From a virus (lineage: Duplodnaviria; Caudoviricetes), in IMG/VR virus record IMGVR_UViG_3300037454_000334, positions 1 to 64,000 of that record: a DNA stretch of 64,000 nt. One strand, written 5' to 3'. The notes under the pieces were generated by a model. It ran no database searches and was not told the DNA's origin. It saw only the letters and a list, made by a program, of their open reading frames with translations. This document shows, piece by piece, positions 1 through 9,713 of the stretch; the stretch's first letter is position 1, and every line of letters begins with the position of its first letter. The position numbers and the translations under genes are program-made.

Positions 1-64
1 TTTTCTGAGACTTCAAAGCTAAGAATGCTTGCCCACATTTTTTCGTTGTCTATTTTTGCCATAA

Positions 65-322
65 TTATTTATCTTTTTTACTTAAAACATAATCGCAGAA
101 CCACATGGCCAGATAGCAGCCGAGGAAATTGGTTGTCGCCTGGACCGCTATCGCCACCCACAGCTCCGTCTCGGCTATGAACTTGATCACCACGGCGGAG
201 AAGGTGTAGCAGATACAGTTTGCCAAGGATGCAGTCAGCTTGCCCGACTTGATGACCAGGATGCTCCTCACTATATGCAGGAACACGTTGGTCAGGGATA
301 TTATTATGTATAGTGCCAGCAT
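65..322 (-). CDS. small multi-pass membrane protein (DUF5698/UPF0316-like)
   Basis: Hydrophobic helices; likely ATG at 322, just after a GGAGGATTGA junction. Confidence 0.6.
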   Translation of the reverse strand: MLALYIIISLTNVFLHIVRSILVIKSGKLTASLANCICYTFSAVVIKFIAETELWVAIAVQATTNFLGCYLAMWFCDYVLSKKDK

Positions 323-324
323 CG

Positions 325-546
325 TCAATCCTCCTCCCCATGAGTTGCTATATAATCCTCTTCTGTTGCTATTTTGACATAACATAATTCACCATCCCTA
401 CATTCATAAGCTGATTTAACCTCTTGGTCTCTGCCAAGTAATGTTCCCCTATAAAGTGAAATGGCTTCATCAATATTTTGTGCCATAACAATTTTATTAT
501 TAACACTAAACATTTTCATCATCACATAATTTTTCTTCATACTCAT
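325..546 (-). CDS. hypothetical phage protein
   Basis: 73-aa ORF in a tightly packed minus-strand arm. Confidence 0.6.
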   Translation of the reverse strand: MSMKKNYVMMKMFSVNNKIVMAQNIDEAISLYRGTLLGRDQEVKSAYECRDGELCYVKIATEEDYIATHGEED

Positions 547-681
547 TCCTCCTTAATGATTATCAGTTTAACTATTTCTTTGTCTATCACAACTTACCTC
601 CTTTCCAGGCCATGTAGCCTATTACCGCTGCCACTGCTGCTATCGTCAGGATGTGGCAAATGAATCTTTCGTCTGTCATAG

Positions 682-1095
682 TCATTTGTCGTTTCTGTGC
701 TCTAATTCCTTGATTTTCTCATCGAGTCGGTTGTACATGTGGAGCGCCGTAGATTCTAACAGGTATCTTAGCTTGAGGTAGCGCCTGTTGGGGTCCTCGA
801 CATGTCCGAAGATTATTTCATTGGGTGAGTGCATATACCTGAGCGGATTTCGATAAACAGTTATCTTTACGCCATTTTCCGTCTCGAAGCGCAGCCAACT
901 GCCGAACTGCTCATACTTGGTGCCCGTCAGTTCGCAGAACCTCTTCACGCGCTGCTGCAGCGTCTCGCACCGTTCATAATGTTTCAGCCGTTCGCGTATC
1001 TGTTCCAGTTCCTCGCGCAGGGCCTTCTCTTTGCTGGCTTTTCGTTCAGCCTTCCACTCTCCCAGCGTCCTCCGCCTCGTATTCTTCCTACTCAT
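682..1095 (-). CDS. hypothetical phage protein
   Basis: 137-aa ORF; ATG follows GGAGGACTGA-CGA. Confidence 0.7.
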   Translation of the reverse strand: MSRKNTRRRTLGEWKAERKASKEKALREELEQIRERLKHYERCETLQQRVKRFCELTGTKYEQFGSWLRFETENGVKITVYRNPLRYMHSPNEIIFGHVEDPNRRYLKLRYLLESTALHMYNRLDEKIKELEHRNDK

Positions 1096-1098
1096 TCG

Positions 1099-1280
1099 TC
1101 AGTCCTCCTTATGTTTCTTTGCCCACTCCTCGCTAATCTGGTCGAGTTCGTAGATTTCGTCGCGCTCCACGATGCCGTCGCGGGTGATGACGTGTTCATA
1201 GCAGTCGTCCATATCGTCCACATCCTCCACCTCCGGCACGGTGTCGCCACCTCACTCTTTGTCATTTTGTCGTTTGTCAT
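1099..1280 (-). pseudogene. gene remnant (start and acidic C-terminus in different frames)
   Basis: ATG at 1280 has a typical ggcgatATG context, but the protein-like frame DTVPEVEDVDD...KHKED* ending at 1099 is out of frame with it. Confidence 0.45.
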
Positions 1281-1314
1281 ATCGCCTTAGTCCTTTAACA
1301 TTCCAACTTCCTTT
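1275..1314. repeat. 40-bp perfect direct repeat, copy 1 (copy 2 at 9674-9713)
   Basis: tgtcatatcgccttagtcctttaacattccaacttccttt is identical in both places. Confidence 0.95.
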
Positions 1315-1365
1315 TAATCTCTAATGCTTCGTTGTAAGTCATATACGAAATATTGCACCATCACC

Positions 1366-1836
1366 CTACCCTTTCTTTAGGAAGTTCTTGATAAACTTGT
1401 CGTACATCGCGCTGACCTCCTTGGCGGCACTCTCCTCGGTGATGTAGAGCGGTGCCAGGATATCGTCGAGGTTGTCGGCGATGTCGAAACGGAACGTCTC
1501 GGTGAAGAAGGCAATATTGTCGTGATCCTTGATGTCGTTCATGATGATACCCGGATATGGAGCTGACAGCATGACATATCGGCATTCAAGACAGGTCTGT
1601 ACCTTGTCGCTGTCGTCCGCACTGGTCTCGCCATGCACGGAGGCGATATAGTAGGTCACGCCCTTATATCGCTTAAAGCGTTCGCCGTCGGCCTTGAAGA
1701 ACTTCCCACGCAGGTGGCCGTATCGCTCACGGGTTATCTCGTCGATACACTCCGAACGGCGCTTGCGGTTGGCAAACAATTTGCGAACCAAACTCTGCTG
1801 CTTCTTGATCGCAGCCAAATACTCTTCTTGTTTCAT
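1366..1836 (-). CDS. hypothetical phage protein
   Basis: 156-aa ORF with A-rich start context. Confidence 0.7.
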   Translation of the reverse strand: MKQEEYLAAIKKQQSLVRKLFANRKRRSECIDEITRERYGHLRGKFFKADGERFKRYKGVTYYIASVHGETSADDSDKVQTCLECRYVMLSAPYPGIIMNDIKDHDNIAFFTETFRFDIADNLDDILAPLYITEESAAKEVSAMYDKFIKNFLKKG

Positions 1837-1856
1837 AATTTCCTTATTCCTTTATA

Positions 1857-2717
1857 TTATACAAACCGCCAGTTTTTATCAATATCAACTACGGCGACGT
1901 TTTTGGGCATATCGGGCATGACGGTGCGCCAGTCGCAATAGCTGTTCGTGATTGTCACCTGGTGGTAATTGTAGGCAAGAACCTGTATGCCCTTTGAATT
2001 GACCATGTGAGTGACAAAGATACGCCGCTGGCGGTCGGGATAGTGATTGCGCAGCAGTTCGGCTATGGCAGCAAAGGTTCCGCCGCCGTCGCAAAGGTCG
2101 TCGATTACAAGGAACTGCGCCTGCGGATGGCGACCAACGATGTCGTTTACCACCTCGTCGGCATCGTCTTGCAGTTCGAGTGACAGGATTTTTCCAGTTG
2201 ATAGGTCGCGCTTCTTGTGGGCTATGATTTTCGGATGCGCATCACGACTGTACCGCTCGGCAGCTCCTGCGTCTGGATGAACGATGATATCTGTGTCCCA
2301 CACAAGTCCTGGTTTCATATTGATGCCGCAGCGTGCCCAACAGTTGTGTATCTCACGGTCGGTGCGCTCGCTGTGCGGTTCCAATACCTGCACCTTACGT
2401 GCTCCGAGTCGGTTAATGATGTCGGCCACGATACCGAGTGAGAATGCCTCGCCGTAGCTGATGACGCGATCCATTCGCATCGACATGAGGTAGGCAATAT
2501 CGAGGTCGAATACAATCCCCTGCCGATGCAGCACGTCGCCAATCTGCATCAACAGGAAGAGGTCGTCGGGACTGCTGACGCGGCAGCGCACCAGTACGTC
2601 GGACTTGCGGTCGAAATCTTCAATCCATATATGCGGCTCGCCGTCGTTGAATGTCAGCGTGCGGTAGCCAATGTCGCTGCGGTCACTGTGCAGCAGGTTC
2701 AGTGTTAGTTGTTTCAT
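1857..2717 (-). CDS. ribose-phosphate pyrophosphokinase-like protein (candidate Adps of NARP1)
   Basis: FNDGE, YLMSMRMDR, EPHS, PDAGA and the PRT motif VIDDLCDGGGTF; next to a Nampt-like gene. Confidence 0.88.
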   Translation of the reverse strand: MKQLTLNLLHSDRSDIGYRTLTFNDGEPHIWIEDFDRKSDVLVRCRVSSPDDLFLLMQIGDVLHRQGIVFDLDIAYLMSMRMDRVISYGEAFSLGIVADIINRLGARKVQVLEPHSERTDREIHNCWARCGINMKPGLVWDTDIIVHPDAGAAERYSRDAHPKIIAHKKRDLSTGKILSLELQDDADEVVNDIVGRHPQAQFLVIDDLCDGGGTFAAIAELLRNHYPDRQRRIFVTHMVNSKGIQVLAYNYHQVTITNSYCDWRTVMPDMPKNVAVVDIDKNWRFV

Positions 2718-3127
2718 ACTTTTGATTCTTCTTGTTCGGTTATTATGATGTCTAAGATACCGCAGGCTTCTGAAAGTCCTGCACGGTCATCTATCAGGAT
2801 GTTGTAGTAAGGTTTGCGGCAACCTTTGCAGACTATCGGGTTTTCGTTCACGTAGTCGATGCGGATGCCGAAGTGCTGGCAATAATGGCGGATGAACGCC
2901 AGTTTCTCATCGCCCTCATTCGACGTGAGCAGTATCATCTTGTGGCCCTGCTCCGAGCATCGGCGCAACAGACTGATGATGCCGCTGTAATCGAAGCCCT
3001 GGTTGTGATAGTCGAAGATGGTATTGTCAAAATCGAAGGCGACAAACAGGGAACCGTGCGCAGCCAGTTCGCTGCGCAACCGCTCCACTTGCATATCCAT
3101 GTTGATGGGAACCCGTATCATTTCCAC
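2714..3127 (-). CDS. HAD-superfamily phosphatase-like protein
   Basis: Motif I FDFDNT and motif IV LIDDRAG; overlaps both neighbours. Confidence 0.75.
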   Translation of the reverse strand: MEMIRVPINMDMQVERLRSELAAHGSLFVAFDFDNTIFDYHNQGFDYSGIISLLRRCSEQGHKMILLTSNEGDEKLAFIRHYCQHFGIRIDYVNENPIVCKGCRKPYYNILIDDRAGLSEACGILDIIITEQEESKV

Positions 3128-4659
3128 CTATACTTTATAGAATCCTCAATACTCTTGTCAAGGTTGGCGCGAACCTCGGCCAGCGTGAAGTCACGCAGCA
3201 ACTTGCCGTCCTCGAACACCGTCACAAGACAACCGCCCTGCTCTTCCTCGCGGGTCACACCATCCTTGGCATAGTAGCGTCCATGCTCGTCCTGCTCCAC
3301 GCGGATCAGTCCCTTCAGCGAGTTCTTCGTACCGCTGTCGGTCTTGGGCTGCTTGAAGATGTCGTGTCCCTCACCGTTAATCTGACACCACGTAGCCTTG
3401 ATAGCGAATCCCAGCGAGTCGCGGCTCTTATACTGATATGTGAACGAGCCGAAGCCCAGCACGATGTTCGTGGCGGCAAAACCCTTGGCCTCCAGCCGAC
3501 GGTAAATTTCAGCCTGACGGTCGAGCGTGATAGCATCGCCGTAAATCATACCGATGTGCGGGTCGAGCACCTTGTAGCCGGACTCGTTCACCGTGCCACC
3601 GAACATTTCCCACAGCAGTTCGTAGGTGCCGCGCTTCTCGCAGTCGGGAATCTCGTGGATTTCCTGGAACGACATTTCGTCGTCGTAGTCCTTCTGATCC
3701 CATCCGCAGATAATCTTCACGGGGTCGCCGCTGTCGGGACGGATAACCAGACGCCCGTCGCGGCTCATAATCTCCTGTTTCAGCTGCGGCACGATGTTGG
3801 TGATGACATTCCAGTAGTCCCACGTGTCGCTGACGATAGAGAGGAAACCTTGCGGATAGACCTCGGTCAGCAGTCGGCGGTAGGTGTCGAGTTCAGTGTC
3901 CTTGCCACCAGCGCACATCACCGAGTGTTCCGTTGCAGGGACGGTGGCGGCAATCAACTCCTTGTCAGCGTCGGCATTGTAATATGTCTCCAATGCGGCG
4001 ATGGCGGGCAGCGTCTCTGAGCCGTTGAAAGCCGTCATGTGACCCATGCCGCTCATAATGGCCGCCTCGATGCCAGCCATACCGCGCATTGAGAAGTCGT
4101 GACATAGGAATCCGAGGTCGTCGCCGGCAAAGCCCGTCTTCTGGGCATGTTGCATCAGTGCCTTCTTGGCCATGCGTGCCGACGTTGCCGACGTGCAGGG
4201 GAGCCACAGCGATGCGGAGAACAGCGTCTCCAGATAGTTCGTGAGCCAGAAGAAGTCGGGGTGCGTGTTCTCCACCGTCAGCATCGGACAACGGATGGGA
4301 CATACCACACCCTCGGGCAGCGACTTGATGCGGATAGGCAAGTAGCCCAGGTCGTGCAGTTCGGCAATGTGCTCCGTGCCGACATTGTTCTGCGGACCGA
4401 GGAACGTGTCAACACGGCGCTTGAACTCGCCCACCACTTTCTCCTTCGGCTGCTGGAAGAAGCCTTCGTTGAACTGCTTGATAAGATACTCCTTGACGAG
4501 ATACTGCAGTCCAAAGACCACGGCGCCCTCGTCGCCGCCCTTCATCCAGTGAGCCGAGCGCGGCGTCCAGTTACTGTAAACATACTCCGTCCCTTTCGGG
4601 TACTGGTTGCGGTGGCCTAATTTGTAGCCGTCCGTCAACAAAATAGTCTCTTTGTTCAT
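3118..4659 (-). CDS. nicotinamide phosphoribosyltransferase-like protein (candidate Namat of NARP1)
   Basis: LLTDGYKLGH, HDFSMRG, PATEHSVM, SIVSDTWD, VIRPDSGDP and IYGDAIT motifs of the NAMPT family. Confidence 0.93.
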   Translation of the reverse strand: MNKETILLTDGYKLGHRNQYPKGTEYVYSNWTPRSAHWMKGGDEGAVVFGLQYLVKEYLIKQFNEGFFQQPKEKVVGEFKRRVDTFLGPQNNVGTEHIAELHDLGYLPIRIKSLPEGVVCPIRCPMLTVENTHPDFFWLTNYLETLFSASLWLPCTSATSARMAKKALMQHAQKTGFAGDDLGFLCHDFSMRGMAGIEAAIMSGMGHMTAFNGSETLPAIAALETYYNADADKELIAATVPATEHSVMCAGGKDTELDTYRRLLTEVYPQGFLSIVSDTWDYWNVITNIVPQLKQEIMSRDGRLVIRPDSGDPVKIICGWDQKDYDDEMSFQEIHEIPDCEKRGTYELLWEMFGGTVNESGYKVLDPHIGMIYGDAITLDRQAEIYRRLEAKGFAATNIVLGFGSFTYQYKSRDSLGFAIKATWCQINGEGHDIFKQPKTDSGTKNSLKGLIRVEQDEHGRYYAKDGVTREEEQGGCLVTVFEDGKLLRDFTLAEVRANLDKSIEDSIKYRWK

Positions 4660-4687
4660 AATCTTGATTTTTGTTTGTTTGTGATTG

Positions 4688-4978
4688 TTATTCTTTACTG
4701 CCTCTCTTTTTTTTCTCGTCTAAAATTTTCTGGCGCTCCTGATTGAAAGCGTCAAACCGCTGTTGAAGTCTGCTACGACTGCGTTTGGCTTTCACAATCT
4801 GATAGATTACCCATCCGATAAAAATTAAAATGCAGATACAGGCAGGAACCCATAGCGGGGCTGTCACCCACCACCACGACCAGTCAATGACGTGCGTCAG
4901 TTTCAGGACGAGAAACACAATGAACAGCACTCCGCCAAAGCCGAGTCCGCTTGTTGATGAACTTGATTTACTTTCCAT
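4688..4978 (-). CDS. small membrane protein
   Basis: FLVLKLTHVIDWSWWWVTAPLW motif; two TM helices. Confidence 0.75.
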   Translation of the reverse strand: MESKSSSSTSGLGFGGVLFIVFLVLKLTHVIDWSWWWVTAPLWVPACICILIFIGWVIYQIVKAKRSRSRLQQRFDAFNQERQKILDEKKKRGSKE

Positions 4979-5027
4979 GATTCTTTTGTTTTTTAATTTG
5001 TGAATAATTTGTGATAATTTATGTTAC

Positions 5028-5855
5028 TTAAGCTCTCAGTTCCTTCATCTCAAAAGTCTTCAGCATCGTGTAGTGGATGCCGTCAATCTCTGCGTGCCAC
5101 GAATGGTGGTAGTGACCGTAGAGCCAGTTCCTGACGGGGTGACAATGGCGGCGCAGATACTCCAGCAGCGTGTCCATCGTCTCGCGGTCGCGCTTCATAT
5201 CGTCGGGCAGCGTCGGGTCGTTCTCCACCAGGTAAGACAGCCACGTCGGAGGTGTCACGTCCTCGCACATCGACGGCGGGATATGGCTCACCACCGTGTC
5301 GAACGTCCTTCCTATCCTGTCCACCGATGCCAGTGCCGACTCGTCGTAATAGGGTGTCTCAAACGGCCACCAGTCGGCAGGGTCGAAGTTCTTCACCTCG
5401 TCGAGATAACAGATGCCGATGCGCACCCTCGGCCCCTCGTTCTTGGTCAGACTGAACACGGGCTTGTAACTCTCTCGGTTATGCCGGTCAACGCTCGTGG
5501 CACCACCGACACACAGAATCCTCTTGCCGCAGGCCGCCACCATCGAGTAGTCGGGCACGGCTATCCACCGCTCCTTGTTGATCTCCTCGCCGTCGAAGTA
5601 AGCGGGGTTGTCGTGGTTGCCGCGCACAAACACCACCCAACAATTAGCCCGCTCCAGCTTCGGCAGCACCCGTTCGTAAACCGCATCGTAGTAGCCGCGC
5701 CTGTGGAATCCGAAACCGCAGTCGCCTGCCACGATAACCACCGTGTCCGTCATCTGATACATCGTCACCATGCGGTACACCAGCTCGTCGAACTTGCCGT
5801 GGATATCACCACAGACCACCACGCTTTTCGCATCAAAAAAATCGTAAGTGTTCAT
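5028..5855 (-). CDS. calcineurin-like metallophosphoesterase
   Basis: GDIHG, AGDCG, RGNHD, SH and GHYH motifs. Confidence 0.9.
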   Translation of the reverse strand: MNTYDFFDAKSVVVCGDIHGKFDELVYRMVTMYQMTDTVVIVAGDCGFGFHRRGYYDAVYERVLPKLERANCWVVFVRGNHDNPAYFDGEEINKERWIAVPDYSMVAACGKRILCVGGATSVDRHNRESYKPVFSLTKNEGPRVRIGICYLDEVKNFDPADWWPFETPYYDESALASVDRIGRTFDTVVSHIPPSMCEDVTPPTWLSYLVENDPTLPDDMKRDRETMDTLLEYLRRHCHPVRNWLYGHYHHSWHAEIDGIHYTMLKTFEMKELRA

Positions 5856-5896
5856 AATTCCTTATTCTTCTATCGTTGGTTCGTAAGTTTTGATTT

Positions 5897-6667
5897 TCAT
5901 ACCAGCTCCTTTACCATTTTCCTGATATTCTTCACATACCCACGTGTCATTTCGATGAAGTTGACCTCCGGGTTCTTCGAGAGGGCGCAGATGAGCAGCG
6001 GGTTATGCACCACGGCGATGATCTGCGTGTGCGGCTTGTGGAAGTCGAGCACGGCCTTGATATGCCCGATGTTCTCGATGTCGAGGTTCCTGTCGGGCTC
6101 GTCCATCAGGATGGTCCACTCGTCGCCATCGACAATGTGGTCGGCAACGTAATCCGTATAGGGCTTGTAGTTGTCCTTGAACCGCGTGTAGTCGAACGTC
6201 AGGTTCGCGCCCTTGCTGAACATCCTGGCGAAGAGCGCGTTCAGTGCTACGATGACGCCCTCGCCCGTTGACGACTCCCGCTGCCCGCAGAACTCGCTGA
6301 TGGAGTGGTCGTTCTCGAATATCTCGTCGTTGTGCTGCCTCTCCCCCGCATGGCACAGGCGGAACGTGTTGCGCCTATAGTCGGCATACACGTCGGCACC
6401 TGCATACATGTGCTTGTCGTCGCCAAGGCCGAAGCAGATGGCATTGATGTTGTGGTTGAACATACCCGCCGAGCACTCCGACAGGTCCACCAGCAGATAC
6501 TTTCTTATCAGGTTCATCAGCGTGGTCTTGCCGCAGCCGTTCTTGCCGACGATGATGTTCACGCCAGGCTTAAACTCATACGTCTTGCCGTTCTTGAACG
6601 CCCCGAGTCCGCTCAGATACTCGATGGGCGTGTCTTCGTTGTTGTTGATTACCACCTTTGTGATCAT
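5897..6667 (-). CDS. ABC/AAA-type ATPase
   Basis: Walker A GKNGCGKT, signature-like SSTGE, Walker B LMDEPD, H-loop VVHN. Confidence 0.85.
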   Translation of the reverse strand: MITKVVINNNEDTPIEYLSGLGAFKNGKTYEFKPGVNIIVGKNGCGKTTLMNLIRKYLLVDLSECSAGMFNHNINAICFGLGDDKHMYAGADVYADYRRNTFRLCHAGERQHNDEIFENDHSISEFCGQRESSTGEGVIVALNALFARMFSKGANLTFDYTRFKDNYKPYTDYVADHIVDGDEWTILMDEPDRNLDIENIGHIKAVLDFHKPHTQIIAVVHNPLLICALSKNPEVNFIEMTRGYVKNIRKMVKELV

Positions 6668-6763
6668 AATTTCTTTCCTTTTTTATATATTGTCTGTTTT
6701 GTCCGTCGGCACGTGCCAGTTTCGAGATTGGCAAAAGCCGATGCCGTTTTCAGCCCACGAATT

Positions 6764-7297
6764 TCAGAGGTCAAATAATGTCGGTACCTTGCGCTCGACG
6801 GTGACAATGGTGTCGTTGTGGGTACGGCCATGAGGAACGAGCAAAATCTCTTCCATCTCGAAGCCTAACTTCTTGCCGAAGCCGCCTGAGTTCCAACCAC
6901 AACAAATTACTACCCCCCCCGCTTTGATTTTACGGGCTATCTCGCGCTTGATGTCATAGGGGAAGTGGCTTGCGTCTTGCGACATAAAGTCCTCGCAGCC
7001 GATGCCCTGATAGCACTCCTTGACCTGCGTAAGCGAATACGGCGGGTCGAACAGACAGCCGTCATATTGCCCGTCGAGCATCTTGGCGAAGTCGAGAGCG
7101 TGCATGTGGTACTTGGCAGGCTTCTCAGGATTGAGGTCGTTGGTAATCTCTGCTGGAGAGTTCTCGCCAGCGAAGGGGTCTATCCATCCCTTGCCGTCTT
7201 TGACGTATCGGCATATCAGCTGCCGTATCGGTTCAATCGTGAACGTGTGCATCGAGGGCATTGCCCATTGTCTTGTTATCTTCATAATTCGTGTCAA
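6764..7297 (-). CDS. small DNA adenine methyltransferase-like protein
   Basis: IDPFAG SAM-binding motif and DPPY catalytic motif; in-frame G8 tract at 6913-6920. Confidence 0.8.
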   Translation of the reverse strand: MTRIMKITRQWAMPSMHTFTIEPIRQLICRYVKDGKGWIDPFAGENSPAEITNDLNPEKPAKYHMHALDFAKMLDGQYDGCLFDPPYSLTQVKECYQGIGCEDFMSQDASHFPYDIKREIARKIKAGGVVICCGWNSGGFGKKLGFEMEEILLVPHGRTHNDTIVTVERKVPTLFDL

Positions 7298-7387
7298 TTC
7301 GTGAAATTAGTGTTCGTTATCTTTTGCCCCTTGGCGTAAGCCGCTTCCCCGATTGACGGGGACGCTCGAATGTCTTGTGTCCATAGG

Positions 7388-7924
7388 TCAGGGGTGCTTT
7401 TCTTCTAAGTTCATACGACGCAAGATATTACCGTGAACGTCCTCGACGATGGCCATCAGCGGGTCGCCATCTTCCACCTCCACCAGTTCCCACGACTTGT
7501 ACTGCTTGCCGCTCTCGTCGATGAACGAATAAGCCACGGTGGTGGCCACCCCGTCGGCTTCGAGGAAGTTTCTTACCATATCGACCAAGCGGCGGAACAG
7601 CTTTTCCTTTTTCTTGCACGTATCGGCGCAGTTCTGCAAATACATGCGCTCCAGAAACTCCGCATTGAACCTGATGATGTACTTTGGTTTTTCCTTCGGC
7701 TTGATGTACTCCGCGATAGCCTTTGCCACCTGCTCGGTCACATCCACCTTCTCAGGAAAGTCCGACTGTCTGCCGCCCTCATACGGGATGCTGCTGATGT
7801 AGATGCGCCCATTTTCAAAGCGAAGACGGTTGTCGATTTCCACCGTTCTCGATGTCGCACGGCCTGAATATGTTGTACTGCCAATCGTGGTGACGGTTCC
7901 GTTTGGATTGTCTTTGTCTGCCAT
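7388..7924 (-). CDS. hypothetical phage protein
   Basis: ORF; likely start MADKD at 7924. Confidence 0.6.
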   Translation of the reverse strand: MADKDNPNGTVTTIGSTTYSGRATSRTVEIDNRLRFENGRIYISSIPYEGGRQSDFPEKVDVTEQVAKAIAEYIKPKEKPKYIIRFNAEFLERMYLQNCADTCKKKEKLFRRLVDMVRNFLEADGVATTVAYSFIDESGKQYKSWELVEVEDGDPLMAIVEDVHGNILRRMNLEEKHP

Positions 7925-7928
7925 AATT

Positions 7929-8252
7929 CTATTCTTCGATGTTTTCTTTTTCGTCCTCAAACTCAACGATGCCCTTTAAGTCCTCGTCAATCATCTTGAT
8001 GTAGTGCCTCGTTGCGTCGATGCTCTCGCCGATGGATTTCAGCATTGTCTTAGCAGCGATGCTCGGCATCTTACTCATTTCGAAACTAATCCTTTCCACA
8101 GGGGTCACAAACAACACGTATTCCAATGTCACGTTCACCCCGTACTTCTGAATCGCCTTCTGTAAAGCATCGTACTGTTCCCGTATGTGGTCGAGTGTAT
8201 TCTTCGCCTTGACCCTGCGGTCGATTTTGTCTTGTAGTTCTTTCAGTTTCAT
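7929..8252 (-). CDS. hypothetical phage protein
   Basis: ORF after GGAGGACTGA-CCG-ATG. Confidence 0.7.
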   Translation of the reverse strand: MKLKELQDKIDRRVKAKNTLDHIREQYDALQKAIQKYGVNVTLEYVLFVTPVERISFEMSKMPSIAAKTMLKSIGESIDATRHYIKMIDEDLKGIVEFEDEKENIEE

Positions 8253-8255
8253 CGG

Positions 8256-9080
8256 TCAGTCCTCCTTCCTTATTCCTAATATCTCCCTCGCCACGGCCAG
8301 CTTCGGGTCGTTGTCGAACAGACGGCGCGAGTTCTTGCAGCGCATACAGGGACGGAACTGGCGCATGTGGCTGTAGATGGTGTCGGTGGTGTCGGTCGTG
8401 ACGTTGCCGACGCTGGGGCAGAGCCACGACTCGGACAGATGCACGTCGCCGTTGAAATCGACGCAGGGCGAGCACATCTGCGTGTGGCTCTCCAACTGTA
8501 TGCCGTAGCCCTTCGGGTTGCGCACCTGATGGGCTGCCAGCGCCGCATTGAGGCACGAGCAGCGGTAGGGGTTCTTCTCGACCTCCGCCTGGCAGTCGGC
8601 ATTCGTCCGCGCCCGTCCCAGGTCCTGCATCCAGATGTGCTCCTCGTCCACCTTGCAGTGGGGAATCTGCTCCAGCTCCGTGCGCAGGTCTTGGATGTAG
8701 TCGTAGTCCTGATACCACCGCTTGTTGGTATATACCTGCGTGAACAGGTAGCTTTTCAGCCTTGCCACGCGCCACATCATGCGCCGCTTCTTCATGTCCT
8801 CCATCCACGTGCCGTTGGTAGCCACGGCGAACATGATGGGCACGCCCGTCTCGCGCTTCATCTTCTGCGACACGTCGTCGAACCACCTGAGCATCCGCTC
8901 CATGTCTGGGTTCATCGTCGGCTCGCCGCCCGTAATCAGGAACAGGTGCCAGCCCGTCTCGCAGCCGAACCGCACGGCACTCTTAAACGTTTCCAGCGAC
9001 ATCAGCCCGCCGTCCTCACGGCTGTCCTGCAGGCAGTGCGGGCACCCCTCGTCGCATCGGTTTGAAATCTGTATCAGCAT
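8256..9080 (-). CDS. radical SAM protein
   Basis: CDEGCPHC (CxxxCxxC), TGGEP, TNGT; Cys-rich SPASM/twitch-like C-terminus. Confidence 0.88.
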   Translation of the reverse strand: MLIQISNRCDEGCPHCLQDSREDGGLMSLETFKSAVRFGCETGWHLFLITGGEPTMNPDMERMLRWFDDVSQKMKRETGVPIMFAVATNGTWMEDMKKRRMMWRVARLKSYLFTQVYTNKRWYQDYDYIQDLRTELEQIPHCKVDEEHIWMQDLGRARTNADCQAEVEKNPYRCSCLNAALAAHQVRNPKGYGIQLESHTQMCSPCVDFNGDVHLSESWLCPSVGNVTTDTTDTIYSHMRQFRPCMRCKNSRRLFDNDPKLAVAREILGIRKED

Positions 9081-9083
9081 CGG

Positions 9084-9401
9084 TCAGTCCTCCTCGTATT
9101 TGTATGGTTTGCCATTGATACTTACAATATCGCACTGAAATACTGGATTGGGCGGCACGGGCTGACGCTTCTTTGGTTCGCCCTGCTTCGTCAGTTCGGT
9201 GCCGATGTACTTCATGTATGGCACTGGGTGGCCGTGCATGATTATATTCTCTACCTTGATAGTGTGGTAGTGGTCAGTGATGATGTTGCCAGGGTACACG
9301 GGATTATGCTCGCAAGCATAAAGTTTCCTGATGTGATTCTTCTTTTCGTCACACTCCACTTGCAACTCAATCAACTTTTTCTGTAATTCTTCTTTCGTCA
9401 T
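9084..9401 (-). CDS. hypothetical phage protein
   Basis: Packed ORF ending in EED*. Confidence 0.7.
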   Translation of the reverse strand: MTKEELQKKLIELQVECDEKKNHIRKLYACEHNPVYPGNIITDHYHTIKVENIIMHGHPVPYMKYIGTELTKQGEPKKRQPVPPNPVFQCDIVSINGKPYKYEED

Positions 9402-9406
9402 AGTTC

Positions 9407-9679
9407 CTAATAAGCTAAATAAGGTCTTGCGTACTTACTCAATGGCCCGTAGTGTTCGATGTCGGCAGCACGCACAAGCCGCTCACTCTCGGCAACCATC
9501 TTCTCCGTCGCCCTTTTCAGGTCGTTGATGCGGATGAACAGTTCTGTTGCCGGTTTCCCTTTGTCGCGTTCCATGCACTCCTTTTCGAGAAGGTCCATCA
9601 TGCCTTTCAGGTAGCCGATGGCCTCGTTGACCTTATTCACGTCGTCATAGAAATCGCCCGTCATTTTCAAATGTGTCAT
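9407..9679 (-). CDS. hypothetical phage protein
   Basis: Packed ORF. Confidence 0.65.
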   Translation of the reverse strand: MTHLKMTGDFYDDVNKVNEAIGYLKGMMDLLEKECMERDKGKPATELFIRINDLKRATEKMVAESERLVRAADIEHYGPLSKYARPYLAY

Positions 9680-9713
9680 ATCGCCTTAGTCCTTTAACAT
9701 TCCAACTTCCTTT
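9674..9713. repeat. 40-bp perfect direct repeat, copy 2
   Basis: Identical to 1275-1314. Confidence 0.95.

Noticed and set aside
3118-4659. NARP2 or ordinary NadV salvage
   Set aside because: No NMNAT in the window and the partner is Prs-like, which fits NARP1 better (not proven).
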